The position numbers and the translations under genes were made by a program. Positions 31,331 to 40,668 of a DNA stretch of 64,000 nt are shown one piece after another; the first letter of the stretch is position 1, and each line of letters begins with the position of its first letter. The notes below the pieces were generated by a model that saw only the letters and a program-made list of their open reading frames with translations, searched no databases and was not told the DNA's origin. The stretch comes from Nitrososphaerota archaeon (GTDB taxonomy: Archaea > Thermoproteota > Nitrososphaeria_A > Caldarchaeales > Caldarchaeaceae), in the NCBI GenBank assembly GCA_041641305.1, contig JBEPYN010000002.1, positions 320,001-384,000 of the forward strand, written 5' to 3'.

Positions 31331-32300
31331 CTACTCCCCCCTCTTTCTGTCTCAAATAAGACAGGAGCGCGTCATCTACAAACACGTCATAGAACCCTTT
31401 AATCTCGCTACTGCGCTTAACCACATGAGGCACCCCGCGGAAATCAAGGAAATGCGACAACTCCTTGGCATGAAGCCGCGACAACGTATATTTCCTTCCC
31501 TCGCCTCTCTCCAGAGCTTCCATGCGTTTTTTAAGGATGCTGAAAAGCCTAAGCCATAGAAGCGCCATTCCTTTGACATATCTGTAATCGTCTCCATAGT
31601 ATAGCCCTTGTTTGTAGCATTCCTCGATAACCTTCAACTTTCTCTTCATGTGTCTGATTGCTTTATGAACCGTCCCGTGGTCAATAAGGGCGACAACATA
31701 TGCCTGCATCAACGGCATCCTCGGCCACGGCGCAGTAGAGTGGACATACGGTATCTTCCCCGCTAAAGCCTTCTCGATAAGGGGCACAACCTCTTTTCTA
31801 TGCCTCTCTGCACCTATTCCACGGTAATCATGTAAAATGTCTCCTATAATCGCCTTGACATCAACGTCTCGTATAACCAACTTCTCGTATATGTCGGACT
31901 CAAGGACGACCTCGTAGTGATAAGCATCTATTATCTTCGCGATAACCCCCCAACGATTATGGTGCTGAGAAAGCTCAGGGTCAAAACATCCATTAATTTT
32001 GATTACTGTTCCGACACGGTATCCGAGCCTTCCCCTTTCCTTAGCAACCGTGTAGGCTTCGGGGCCTCCGAGTATCTCTTGTAAAAAGCCTCCTTCGGGG
32101 AGCTTTCCTGTAAGCTGTGAGGGGCTAAGCTTCAGACCATCTTTGGTCTTGACTTTGCCAGCGAGAACGTCTTCGAGAAAGGCCTCGATAGGCTTCTCTT
32201 TATCAGAGTAGAACTGCTGGACGTATTCGAGCCGCTCAACGGGTAGCCGAACATTTAGGCTTGCAGATGGTTTAGCTGGGACAAAAACCTCCGCATCCAT
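31317..32300 (-). CDS. Hypothetical protein (possible N-terminal RHH)
   Basis: 327-aa ORF. Confidence 0.6.
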   Translation of the reverse strand: MDAEVFVPAKPSASLNVRLPVERLEYVQQFYSDKEKPIEAFLEDVLAGKVKTKDGLKLSPSQLTGKLPEGGFLQEILGGPEAYTVAKERGRLGYRVGTVIKINGCFDPELSQHHNRWGVIAKIIDAYHYEVVLESDIYEKLVIRDVDVKAIIGDILHDYRGIGAERHRKEVVPLIEKALAGKIPYVHSTAPWPRMPLMQAYVVALIDHGTVHKAIRHMKRKLKVIEECYKQGLYYGDDYRYVKGMALLWLRLFSILKKRMEALERGEGRKYTLSRLHAKELSHFLDFRGVPHVVKRSSEIKGFYDVFVDDALLSYLRQKEGGVGGEV

Positions 32301-32339
32301 AAGTTATCCAACCCTAGCCAAACTACCTTCCTGTTTTAT

Positions 32340-32573
32340 TCAATCAGCAACGACAATCTCCAGCACTTCTCCAGTGAGAAGCTTCTTCAAACTCTCCAAC
32401 TCCCTTTGTGCCTTTGGAGAAAGCGACTGAAAAACCTCTTCGTCGAGGTAAACGGGTATTGTGCTACTGCTTGTCTCTAACTCGAGAAGCTCCTGAGCAA
32501 CGTCATCACTCACCTCGCATACTTTCTTCCATTCAATCAAATAAACCGCCCTCGTCTTTACCATATCGTTCAC
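32340..32573 (-). CDS. Hypothetical protein
   Basis: Promoter at 32610-32627. Confidence 0.55.
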   Translation of the reverse strand: MNDMVKTRAVYLIEWKKVCEVSDDVAQELLELETSSSTIPVYLDEEVFQSLSPKAQRELESLKKLLTGEVLEIVVAD

Positions 32574-32629
32574 CTACCCTTTCATCACAGGTATAGACCT
32601 CTCTCATACATTTAATCCCATGAGGCCAG

Positions 32630-33670
32630 TTATGGAGCAAGGAGGATAACCCTCTTATGTGTAATGATGGGTTTAGCGAGTGGGGGTTTCGGCAACTCTT
32701 TAACAGGCTTCGGTTTGATGTAGAAATCTTCGGTTCTTATCAACTCCTTCGGAGCATCGGCAGGAGGCTCATGAAAGCGGCTGTTAATGCGCCTATGAAG
32801 GCGCACATCTATACCTCTATCCCTCAAAATTTTGCAGGCAATCAGGGTTGATAGGTTAGCGGACATGCCGAGCTGAGCTTGGTAATAGTAATAACCCTTA
32901 ATTATGTAAACTTTCTCGGCGACGTCGCTGATTTTCTCAACAAGAGCGGATGGAAGGCTTTGGATATCAACTTCATAGAAGCCTGGGGCAATCTCCCGTA
33001 GTTTTCTCACCTCTTCGATAGACCGCCTATATTCCATCAATAAGCGTTCTCTCTGTTCTATCCTTCTCTTCTCTTTATCTGTTAGCGTTCTGTATATATG
33101 AGCCGTGGTGAAGAGGTCTTTCGGAATCCAAATCAAATCAATAAGGTCATAATTCCAACGCCTTGTGAAAACTACTTCAAAGTCCTCGTCTGGTATCTCG
33201 GGATAGGAAACGTCCATGTATCTACTCAGCCTCCTCATATACCGTTTACATTCGTTAAACATTTTCAAGAACTCCTGTTTGCTGACCGTAATAGGCTCGT
33301 TGGGTTTGGTCGGGAAAAAGGGCGGTAAAGCTTCGCCCAATTCAAGATATATGGTTTTGTTATGCATGGATGTTCCTGTGTTTAGAAAAACACGTCCATC
33401 ATACCCTACAAGCTCCGACTGAATTCGGTAAGTTTTGTTTAAACCAAATATTTCAAGCCTGCCATGATAAGGCAGGTAGGCACGCTCTAATTCCCCTCCA
33501 AATAAATAGGGCTTATAGCCAAGGGATAGAGCTTTTTTCAAATAACGCAGTCTCCTTAAATGAGGAGCGATGGAATGAACGAAATCTGGATATATTCTCG
33601 CCTTTTCGAGCCGCTCTCTAAATCTTCTCTCGAAGACCTGCAAAACCTCCTTAGGGTTAACCTCTTCCAT
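32630..33670 (-). CDS. Hypothetical protein
   Basis: 346-aa ORF; promoter 33694-33711, 24 nt upstream. Confidence 0.65.
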   Translation of the reverse strand: MEEVNPKEVLQVFERRFRERLEKARIYPDFVHSIAPHLRRLRYLKKALSLGYKPYLFGGELERAYLPYHGRLEIFGLNKTYRIQSELVGYDGRVFLNTGTSMHNKTIYLELGEALPPFFPTKPNEPITVSKQEFLKMFNECKRYMRRLSRYMDVSYPEIPDEDFEVVFTRRWNYDLIDLIWIPKDLFTTAHIYRTLTDKEKRRIEQRERLLMEYRRSIEEVRKLREIAPGFYEVDIQSLPSALVEKISDVAEKVYIIKGYYYYQAQLGMSANLSTLIACKILRDRGIDVRLHRRINSRFHEPPADAPKELIRTEDFYIKPKPVKELPKPPLAKPIITHKRVILLAP

Positions 33671-33752
33671 ACCCTAAAGAAAATAGTTGATTTTTATTAC
33701 CGCTAAAGGCCATATTCATAAAAAAAGGTGAAGGGTTTTAGGGGCTGGGTGT

Positions 33753-33974
33753 TTAGATATCCACCCATGCCCCCACAGTCTTGTCTCTGACATGGACGAT
33801 GGGGTCTCCAGCCGCTGGCTCGACTATTGCTATATCCTCGGGCTTCTCGGCAATCTTCAGAACCTTTTCCCTGATTGGTTTAGGCATGTTTCTGACCTTC
33901 TCTTTGACGCTTTTTGCTCCGCCCTTCTTTCGTCCCGACTTTCTCGCCTTCGTCTTTGTCTTTTTCTTAGTCAT
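33753..33974 (-). CDS. Small basic protein with Lys-rich N-tail; paralog of 39798-39968
   Basis: MTKKKTKTKARKSGRKK...DPIVHVRDKTVGAWVDI. Confidence 0.65.
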   Translation of the reverse strand: MTKKKTKTKARKSGRKKGGAKSVKEKVRNMPKPIREKVLKIAEKPEDIAIVEPAAGDPIVHVRDKTVGAWVDI

Positions 33975-34024
33975 GGCAGGCGATAATATCTCTCTCAAGT
34001 AAATAACTCTCAGAGGCCCGCTGT

Positions 34025-34040
34025 TGTCAACAAGTTGACA
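34025..34040. promoter_or_regulatory. Palindromic operator TGTCAACAAGTTGACA
   Basis: One of four near-identical intergenic palindromes. Confidence 0.65.
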
Positions 34041-34052
34041 GCATTTAGGGCC

Positions 34053-35270
34053 TTAGTAGAGCTTTATGAAACCCTTTAGAATGCATTTTATCTTGTGTAT
34101 GAGCTTGGTCTCTACAGTGCCGTTTGCGTATATCACATAGAGCCTTGCCTGCTTGCCTTCACGCGGCCTCATAATCCTTCCTTTTCTCTGCACAAGTTGT
34201 CTAACGCTCTGTCCGCTTGCTATGATAGCGGCTATAGCCACCTCTGGCACGTCCACACCCTCGTCCAAGGCTCTAACAGCTAACAAGACGTTGAAGCTCT
34301 TCCCCCACTCGGAGAATATTCTGCCCCTCTCGCTCATGGATTTATCGCTGTGATACGTTTCTGCCGCGACCCCTTTCTCGGAAAGATACGTCTTCAGCTC
34401 CTCAATGCTGTGTATCGACTCGCTGAACACTATTATCTTCTCATGGGGATGTTGGGTTACGACATTGTATAGGGCATCTTTCTTGGAGGCTATCCTGCTT
34501 AGGAAAATCCGCCTCTCATTGATGAGAACCTTGAGCCTCCGCTCCAGCTCCTCGGCATCTCTTTGAAACGCTTTGGAGTTCTTTAAAAATGAGAGCATGC
34601 TTCTAACTTTCCATATTTCGGCTTGTATCTCCATATACCTTTTCCTCTCTTCCCTGTTCATTTCGGCTGGGATGGGGACGAGCGTTATTGGTGCCACGTA
34701 TCCGTTCTCAACAGCATTCTTCAAGTCCAACGTGTAAACAACCGGCAACTTTGATAGGATGTTGTAGTGTTTACCATCTTCTCTTTTAAGCGTGGCTGTC
34801 AGGCCGAGAACCTTTTTCCCATCAATCTTCGGCAGAATAGTGGAGAACACATCGGCTCCAACATGGTGTATCTCATCAAGAATTATCAGCTCGAAATGGT
34901 TCAGTATCTCGGGATGGCGGCACACGCTGTTATAAATAGCGACCGTGTATCTGCTCAGCCTTTTCTCACCACCATAGAACCTCGTAAACAAAACATCAGC
35001 CTCTCTACCCTTCTTAACCCACTCCACCATCACCCTTTCGTATGGTGTGATTACAAGCGTCGGTAACCCAATCCTCTTAATGGCGTGAAGCCCAATAATC
35101 GTCTTCCCCGTCCCCGTCGGCGCTATAACTACTCCCCTACATCCCCGACCAGCCCATTTCTCGAAAGCCTCGACCTGATATGGTCGGAGAACCCTTCCAC
35201 CGACTGCTTCGTTTTGTGCCTGACTCGGAGAATTTTCCTGCAGAAGAAACTGCTCTAATCGGGACAGCAT
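34053..35270 (-). CDS. XPB/Rad25-like superfamily 2 helicase
   Basis: LRPYQ, PTGTGKT, DEIH, LTAT, DEGVDVP, QRKGRIMR. Confidence 0.92.
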   Translation of the reverse strand: MLSRLEQFLLQENSPSQAQNEAVGGRVLRPYQVEAFEKWAGRGCRGVVIAPTGTGKTIIGLHAIKRIGLPTLVITPYERVMVEWVKKGREADVLFTRFYGGEKRLSRYTVAIYNSVCRHPEILNHFELIILDEIHHVGADVFSTILPKIDGKKVLGLTATLKREDGKHYNILSKLPVVYTLDLKNAVENGYVAPITLVPIPAEMNREERKRYMEIQAEIWKVRSMLSFLKNSKAFQRDAEELERRLKVLINERRIFLSRIASKKDALYNVVTQHPHEKIIVFSESIHSIEELKTYLSEKGVAAETYHSDKSMSERGRIFSEWGKSFNVLLAVRALDEGVDVPEVAIAAIIASGQSVRQLVQRKGRIMRPREGKQARLYVIYANGTVETKLIHKIKCILKGFIKLY

Positions 35271-35324
35271 CGTGGCTAAACTTGCAAAAATAGCAATAAA
35301 ACCGGCTAAGGCCAGAGGCCCTGC

Positions 35325-35672
35325 TCACATAACAGCCCTGTAAAAAACGGTTACCCCGAAGGGATAGTCATCATCCTCATAACCTACATATACATATCCA
35401 TCCCATCCTGTTTCGATGATTTCTCCAGCTTTCTCGAAAATAGCCTCATAAACCAGCTCATCCTCATCCAAGCCTGTTGGAAGCTTTTCAGCGACGCATT
35501 CAATAGACCAGCCCTCAGCCCATACCTCATACAAATCCCCATCCTCTACCTGAACCAAAACAGGCTGGAAAAGAGGCAAAGCAGAGCTGGCTATGGCGTT
35601 CTCCAGCTCCTCTTCAGACAAACTCTGTAGCCTGATTATCGTTTTAGTTTCTTCGAATTCACGGACAACCAT
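35325..35672 (-). CDS. Acidic hypothetical protein
   Basis: Operon-like overlap with neighbour. Confidence 0.55.
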   Translation of the reverse strand: MVVREFEETKTIIRLQSLSEEELENAIASSALPLFQPVLVQVEDGDLYEVWAEGWSIECVAEKLPTGLDEDELVYEAIFEKAGEIIETGWDGYVYVGYEDDDYPFGVTVFYRAVM

Positions 35673-35844
35673 GTTCTATGAAATCCTCAGCATCCGGGTC
35701 ATAAGTGCCTACATACATAAACTTGTGTTCGAATTCCTTGCCACAGCTACACTTCACTTTGACGACGCCGATTTTCTCCCACCAGTCAACTTGGAATTCA
35801 CCGGTTAGAGGCAGCCCCTCTCCGCAGTATGGGCATTCGACCAT
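35659..35844 (-). CDS. Small Zn-ribbon protein
   Basis: CPYC...CSC. Confidence 0.6.
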   Translation of the reverse strand: MVECPYCGEGLPLTGEFQVDWWEKIGVVKVKCSCGKEFEHKFMYVGTYDPDAEDFIEHGCP

Positions 35845-35850
35845 GAAATA

Positions 35851-36066
35851 TCACCCCAACCACAGCCTGAGCTCATCTGTTGTCGGCAGCATCTCCCCAA
35901 GCTGTATGCCTGCGCTTCTGGCCCATATATGTAGGTCAAGGAGAAACTGAACAAGCATAGTTGTATTAGCTGTCAAGTTCTCGAGCTTCAGTTGCAAAAA
36001 TTTTGGCGCATTTAGCTGGGTAAGACGATTTGTCAGGTCAGTTTTCCATGTTTCAAAACTTCTCAT
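35851..36066 (-). CDS. Hypothetical protein
   Basis: Likely start MRSFETW at 36066. Confidence 0.45.
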   Translation of the reverse strand: MRSFETWKTDLTNRLTQLNAPKFLQLKLENLTANTTMLVQFLLDLHIWARSAGIQLGEMLPTTDELRLWLG

Positions 36067-36520
36067 GTGATACACCACTTTCACCTCTCTTATAACATTT
36101 AGAGGCCATGTAGGAATTGAATGCTTCTTCAAAGTCCTCGAAATCGGGCAGTTTTCCAGTCTTCAGCCATTTCTGAAAGATGTGGCTGGCGAGCTGCTCC
36201 AATCTGGCGTCTGAGACCGAGTAGTGTTTGTTTCCTGTGTTGCTTGAAACCAAGGTGATGTGTTGGATGTCGTGTTGAGAAGGGTGAATGTAGAATTTTT
36301 CCCCATGTGTGCCGGCTTTTGAGGACCTGCTGTAGTCTGGTCTTAGGGGACGATAACATGTGAAACATACGACATAAACCGAAGTAATTCCTCCCATCCT
36401 TGTATGCCGCCAATCAAATATCAGAACGTTTTCAGGTTCGACTGGTTTTTCAATCATTTCCCACACCACCTCATACGCATTTCGTGTTTGGGGAGAAATA
36501 TAACCAGATGAGGCCATCAT
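36053..36520 (-). CDS. Hypothetical protein
   Basis: Promoter variant AGCCT-N7-TTAAAC (36544-36561), 24 nt before ATG 36520. Confidence 0.6.
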   Translation of the reverse strand: MMASSGYISPQTRNAYEVVWEMIEKPVEPENVLIFDWRHTRMGGITSVYVVCFTCYRPLRPDYSRSSKAGTHGEKFYIHPSQHDIQHITLVSSNTGNKHYSVSDARLEQLASHIFQKWLKTGKLPDFEDFEEAFNSYMASKCYKRGESGVSHEKF

Positions 36521-36570
36521 AGTTTCTGAAATAGCGAACTCATGTTTAAAATCTGGAGGCTTTGACGAAG

Positions 36571-36687
36571 TTACATAAGGCATGAGGACCAGCCGCAGTC
36601 AAGACAGGTCACGCATCTACCTTGGTTTATGATACGCTCTGACTCGCACTCTGGGCATTTTCGCGGGAAATTCATCCGACCATCCAT
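36571..36687 (-). CDS. 38-aa Cys-rich peptide resembling the class II RNR C-terminal tail (not in ORF track)
   Basis: MDGRMNFPRKCPECESERIINQGRCVTCLDCGWSSCLM; promoter 36711-36728, 24 nt upstream. Confidence 0.72.
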   Translation of the reverse strand: MDGRMNFPRKCPECESERIINQGRCVTCLDCGWSSCLM

Positions 36688-36691
36688 AAAC

Positions 36692-36707
36692 TGTCAACAT
36701 GTTGACG
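36692..36707. promoter_or_regulatory. Palindromic operator TGTCAACATGTTGACG
   Basis: Lies between the TATA and ATG of the 38-aa gene. Confidence 0.65.
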
Positions 36708-36770
36708 GAAATAAAGAGGTTTAAGGCCCTACTATAACGGGATAAATCAAGGCGCTTCATCTGAAAAGTC

Positions 36771-37175
36771 ATGGTAGAAAATCACGGGATTTCCCGGGAG
36801 CTGCTGGTTCGCGGCGACCGTAGAGCCATGTCGATGTTCAGGGCCCGGCTCCGAAAATTGGCGAGTAAAGGGCTTTGGGAGGAGTGGGACAGGTTTCTCG
36901 ACAGCCTTGAGCCGGTGGCGAGGTATTGGCTGGCGAGCGAAACATGTGGCGAGTATACGGAGCTGCTTCACTTGGGTGAGGTGATTTTCTTTATCGAGGT
37001 TGGTGTAGATGGGGCGGTGAGTGTAACTGGTCTCAGGTGGGATACACGTCTTTCCAGAATTGGGGTGCAGTTGAAGCACTATCTATTAGAGCACTGCTTC
37101 AAGGAGATTAAGCGCCAAGCTACCTCCCAAACCAGTAACGTCCGTTTAAACCATGCTGCATCAGCAGGGCCGTGA
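36771..37175 (+). CDS. Hypothetical protein
   Basis: ATAAAT 24 nt upstream of ATG. Confidence 0.55.
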   Translation: MVENHGISRELLVRGDRRAMSMFRARLRKLASKGLWEEWDRFLDSLEPVARYWLASETCGEYTELLHLGEVIFFIEVGVDGAVSVTGLRWDTRLSRIGVQLKHYLLEHCFKEIKRQATSQTSNVRLNHAASAGP

Positions 37176-37974
37176 AAAGCTTTCCAACACGCTGGTCGAA
37201 TGAATAGTCCACGCTCAGCTCCTCTCCCAGAGCATTTGCGAGATAAGTCATGTTCATTCCCCTGATGTGTAGGGTTTCTCCATAGACCATGTCAGGCCTG
37301 ACCCTTCCCAAAGCATCAAAAATCTGCATCAAGTCACCTTCCACGTCAGGTCTTAGCCTGCACGGCGGTAGAATAGGAGCGATGATTACACCTGTCCTGA
37401 GCCCCGCCTCTCGCGCCTGTCTGATTATGTCAAGCCTTCTCTGCGGCGTAGTAACTCGCGGCTCAATAGCCCTCGCCAGCTCCGTGCTGAACGTTGCCAC
37501 GGAGACCTGAACCCTTACCTGCTCCCTGTATTTCTCGAGTAAGTCAAGGTCTTCGAGGACGAGCGGCGACCTTGTCTGGATGCAGAACCTCACCCCGCAT
37601 CGCAAGCCGTGCTCAAGGATTTTCCTCGTCCATCCAGCAAGCTGAGGTAGATAGGGGTCATGTGTTGAACTGAGGAGAACCTCCTCGCCGCGCCACCTGC
37701 TCCATGGTGTTTGCTCGATAACCTCGTCTAAGTTGGTTGGTGTAGCAAAATAATATCCCCAGTCCTTATCGACCAGCCGCCCCGCTCTCGGAGAGGAGTA
37801 TAGCTTATGTATCGAGTCCACGTAGCAGAACCTACATCCAAAAGTGCACCCAATCGCATAGTTAGCGACCCAGCCGTCGGAAAGCCCCTTACCCACGCCC
37901 CCCTTCTCCTCAACCGTCAGCTTCGAGGGCTTGACCAGAGGCGGCTTAATCCTATACCTTCCAAACTCTATCAA
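37120..37974 (-). CDS. Radical SAM protein, SplB/Rv2578c-like
   Basis: CTFGCRFCY, SSTHDPY, QTRS, IEP..TTPQRRL. Confidence 0.88.
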   Translation of the reverse strand: MIEFGRYRIKPPLVKPSKLTVEEKGGVGKGLSDGWVANYAIGCTFGCRFCYVDSIHKLYSSPRAGRLVDKDWGYYFATPTNLDEVIEQTPWSRWRGEEVLLSSTHDPYLPQLAGWTRKILEHGLRCGVRFCIQTRSPLVLEDLDLLEKYREQVRVQVSVATFSTELARAIEPRVTTPQRRLDIIRQAREAGLRTGVIIAPILPPCRLRPDVEGDLMQIFDALGRVRPDMVYGETLHIRGMNMTYLANALGEELSVDYSFDQRVGKLFTALLMQHGLNGRYWFGR

Positions 37975-37999
37975 CTCAACCTATATTGTTTTGGTGGGG

Positions 38000-38017
38000 A
38001 TTTAAACGGATAAGGCC
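38000..38017 (-). promoter_or_regulatory. Element promoter GGCCT-N7-TTAAAT
   Basis: GGCCTtatccgtTTAAAT. Confidence 0.75.
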
Positions 38018-38262
38018 AAGATAAAAAATGGTCAAAGGCTCCTGAAGACCATCCAAATAAACCACGGCATATGGGCCGGGGGTTTTGAAACCCCGATGGA
38101 CCGAACGGGACTTGAACCTTATCGGCCAGCTCAATTTCTTGGAGCTGACTCGCGACCTCCCGCAAGCCAAGCGGGCGCTCTTCCATGTTGAGCTACCGGC
38201 CCATGCTGTCGCTTCGGCTTGCTGGCTAAAGAACCTTCATGGCCAAGCACTGCTTGGCTTAT

Positions 38263-38970
38263 CTACTGGCTGGCTATTGACCATAGGCGGTCAAACTCCT
38301 CCACGAATTGCTTAGCTACGTCTTCGGATAGTATCGCGACGAGGTTTTCGTCATTAGCCTCCTCAGCCGCTCCCGACCAGTTGTAGCTACCGGTTGCCAC
38401 GATTCTTTCGTCGATAACCATGAACTTGTGATGCATAAGCGCAGAGTTGCCGTCGAGCCTGATGTCTAAGCCCGCCTCCTTTAGGCGCTGGTATTCGGAG
38501 CCTCGTATCTCGGCTGACTCGGCTTCGAGCACCACCTTCACATCCACGCCCCTATTGTGAGCGGCTATCAAAGCGTTGGCGAGCCTATCGTTTGTGAATA
38601 CGTATACTGCTACGAGAATACGTCTCTGCGCCGCGTTGATGAGGGTTTCCAACATTGATTCGCAGACCATGGGCCTTGAGAAGCAGACCGCTACGCCTGA
38701 GTGGTTGTATAGCTGAGGTATTTCGGGGATGATTGAAGTGGTAACCGTGACTGTTCTCGTAGAAGTTAGTGTGGTGGGCTGTGTTGCTGTTGTCGTAGAT
38801 GTTACGGTGTAACTGGCTGTCGCGGTTAGCACGCGTGTGGAGACCGCGGTTGCCGTGGTTGTGAACGTGGTGGCAACCCTTTCCCTCGGGCTTAGGGTTA
38901 AGCCAGCGGCAAGTCCCGCGAATAACCCAATCAATAGAAGGACAACAGGGACCACAACGCTTCTATTCAT
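38263..38970 (-). CDS. Membrane-anchored/secreted PLD-family (Nuc-like) nuclease
   Basis: Signal/TM segment, Thr-rich linker, single HKFMVID..GSYNWS..N.EN motif. Confidence 0.9.
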   Translation of the reverse strand: MNRSVVVPVVLLLIGLFAGLAAGLTLSPRERVATTFTTTATAVSTRVLTATASYTVTSTTTATQPTTLTSTRTVTVTTSIIPEIPQLYNHSGVAVCFSRPMVCESMLETLINAAQRRILVAVYVFTNDRLANALIAAHNRGVDVKVVLEAESAEIRGSEYQRLKEAGLDIRLDGNSALMHHKFMVIDERIVATGSYNWSGAAEEANDENLVAILSEDVAKQFVEEFDRLWSIASQ

Positions 38971-38973
38971 GTC

Positions 38974-39771
38974 TCAGACCCCCATGACGCATTCCATAAC
39001 TATCTTGAGAGGGTCTATCTGCTCGTAAGGTATCGGGACCACTACCGCGAAGCCGCTGTTATGAACGAATGTTTTCGGGTATGATGTCGCCTTTGGTATA
39101 AACTTCCCCTCATTAGCCTGTATCAACATGGTGCCTCCATCCCTTGAAGGCATCACAGCTCCTATGATGTGTTTGTCTGCGTGAGCCTCACGGATATAGG
39201 TGAGGTTGAGGGGTTTGGGTGAGAACACTACGTAGCCGAGGGGTGTTGGAAAGAGCTTGACGCCGTTTTTGGCGAATAGGAAGTCGTCAAGCAAGGCAAG
39301 AACGGATTCTCCGACACATCTCATGATATAATGGAGTGGATGCTCTGGAGAAAGCAACGTGATTGTCGAGAAGTACTTCAGCATCGCCCTCTCCACAAGA
39401 CCACGGTCTTCATCCATATTCAGAACCTTCTTAGCCACGTAGGCCCCAAACCTATCCCGCAGGTCAATATACCTAAAGTCCGTCGGTAGATTCTCGCTAT
39501 CTATTCCGAAGAAGTCTCTTAGCACGAGGATGAAGCTGCTTGGCAGGTCTTCGTCTTGGTGATGGTCGAAGAAAATTCTGCCGTCGTATCTCTTGCCTAC
39601 ATCGACGACTATCTCACCTTCCTCAGGCTCGCCGGTGAAGTCGGGGACTCTAATAACAACGGCGTCAGGATACTTGTGTAGCAGAAGGCTTACCGCCAAG
39701 AACTCGTCTGAGTGAGCCGGCCCAGAATGCGTGATAATCTTTTTGACGGCTAAAGGCTCCAGACTTTGCAA
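38974..39771 (-). CDS. MYG1-family exonuclease/hydrolase
   Basis: THSG.AH.DE, VDVG..YD, FDHHQ, FVHNSGF. Confidence 0.85.
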   Translation of the reverse strand: MQSLEPLAVKKIITHSGPAHSDEFLAVSLLLHKYPDAVVIRVPDFTGEPEEGEIVVDVGKRYDGRIFFDHHQDEDLPSSFILVLRDFFGIDSENLPTDFRYIDLRDRFGAYVAKKVLNMDEDRGLVERAMLKYFSTITLLSPEHPLHYIMRCVGESVLALLDDFLFAKNGVKLFPTPLGYVVFSPKPLNLTYIREAHADKHIIGAVMPSRDGGTMLIQANEGKFIPKATSYPKTFVHNSGFAVVVPIPYEQIDPLKIVMECVMGV

Positions 39772-39797
39772 CGGTAACTCAGCCTCATCTCAAGCCA

Positions 39798-39968
39798 TCA
39801 GAGGTCAAGCCAGCCTCCGACAACTTTACCATTCACTATCAGTAGAGGGTCTAGCCCGACTCGCCTAATCTCATAGCTTTCAATATGCACAGGCTCGAGG
39901 GCTTTCTGCAGAGCTTTTGGCACCTCTTCTGGTAGTTTTTTCTCCTGTTTGACAACTACTTGGCTCAT
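39798..39968 (-). CDS. Small protein, paralog of 33753-33974
   Basis: Promoter 39992-40009, 24 nt before ATG 39968; DPLLIVNGKVVGGWLDL. Confidence 0.65.
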   Translation of the reverse strand: MSQVVVKQEKKLPEEVPKALQKALEPVHIESYEIRRVGLDPLLIVNGKVVGGWLDL

Positions 39969-39993
39969 GGCTATACCTTCATGCATCATAGAT

Positions 39994-40668
39994 TTAACCG
40001 GATAAGGCCTTATCCAAAGCCTCTAACAGGTTCTCCAATTCTCCATGCATCTCCGCTCCATATTTCTCCATTTTGTGGCTAAGCTTGGCTGAAAGAGGCG
40101 TCAGGTGGACCGGCCTGCCGAGCCTAATCGCGGACCATGCGGTTGATTCTGAGTCGCCCCCCTCATCCGCCTCCACGACCACGACGATGTCAGAAATCAG
40201 GGCTATCGTCATGTTTCTGAGGATAAAGTCTCTGGGCTGCGTCCTGTGTCCATCAGGGAATTGGCTGACCGCGAGGTGCTCGCTCATGATGAGGCTTTGT
40301 AGGCCTTTGTTTTCTGGTGGATAGACACGGCTTAATGGTGTGCCGAGAACGGCGGCCGTCTCCCCGCCGCTGCGGACGGCTTCTAAATGAGCCGCGGTGT
40401 CAATCCCTTTCGCGAGGCCGCTGACAATAATCACCCGTTGTCTGCAGAGCCATTTGACTAGCTCCCGTGCATAGTTCAGACCTTCTTCGCTTGCGTTCCT
40501 TGTTCCCACGACGGCTACACGGGGGGTCTGAAGAGGGATACGCATTTTTCCGCAGACGTAAAGCCTGTTTGGGGCGAGTCTCCTCTCGACGCGGTTTAGC
40601 GGTCTTCCGAGGAGCTGCTCCACCGTGATGCTACGTGCCTGTCTGTAGGCTCTGGATTGCGTCGTCAT
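39994..40668 (-). CDS. dprA: DNA-processing protein DprA (Smf), core domain
   Basis: VAVVGTR, VSGLAKGIDTAAH, FILRN, VVVEA. Confidence 0.92.
   Translation of the reverse strand: MTTQSRAYRQARSITVEQLLGRPLNRVERRLAPNRLYVCGKMRIPLQTPRVAVVGTRNASEEGLNYARELVKWLCRQRVIIVSGLAKGIDTAAHLEAVRSGGETAAVLGTPLSRVYPPENKGLQSLIMSEHLAVSQFPDGHRTQPRDFILRNMTIALISDIVVVVEADEGGDSESTAWSAIRLGRPVHLTPLSAKLSHKMEKYGAEMHGELENLLEALDKALSG

Noticed and set aside
37971-38315. Short overlapping ORFs between the radical SAM and PLD genes
   Set aside because: No motif or promoter support; possibly a remnant
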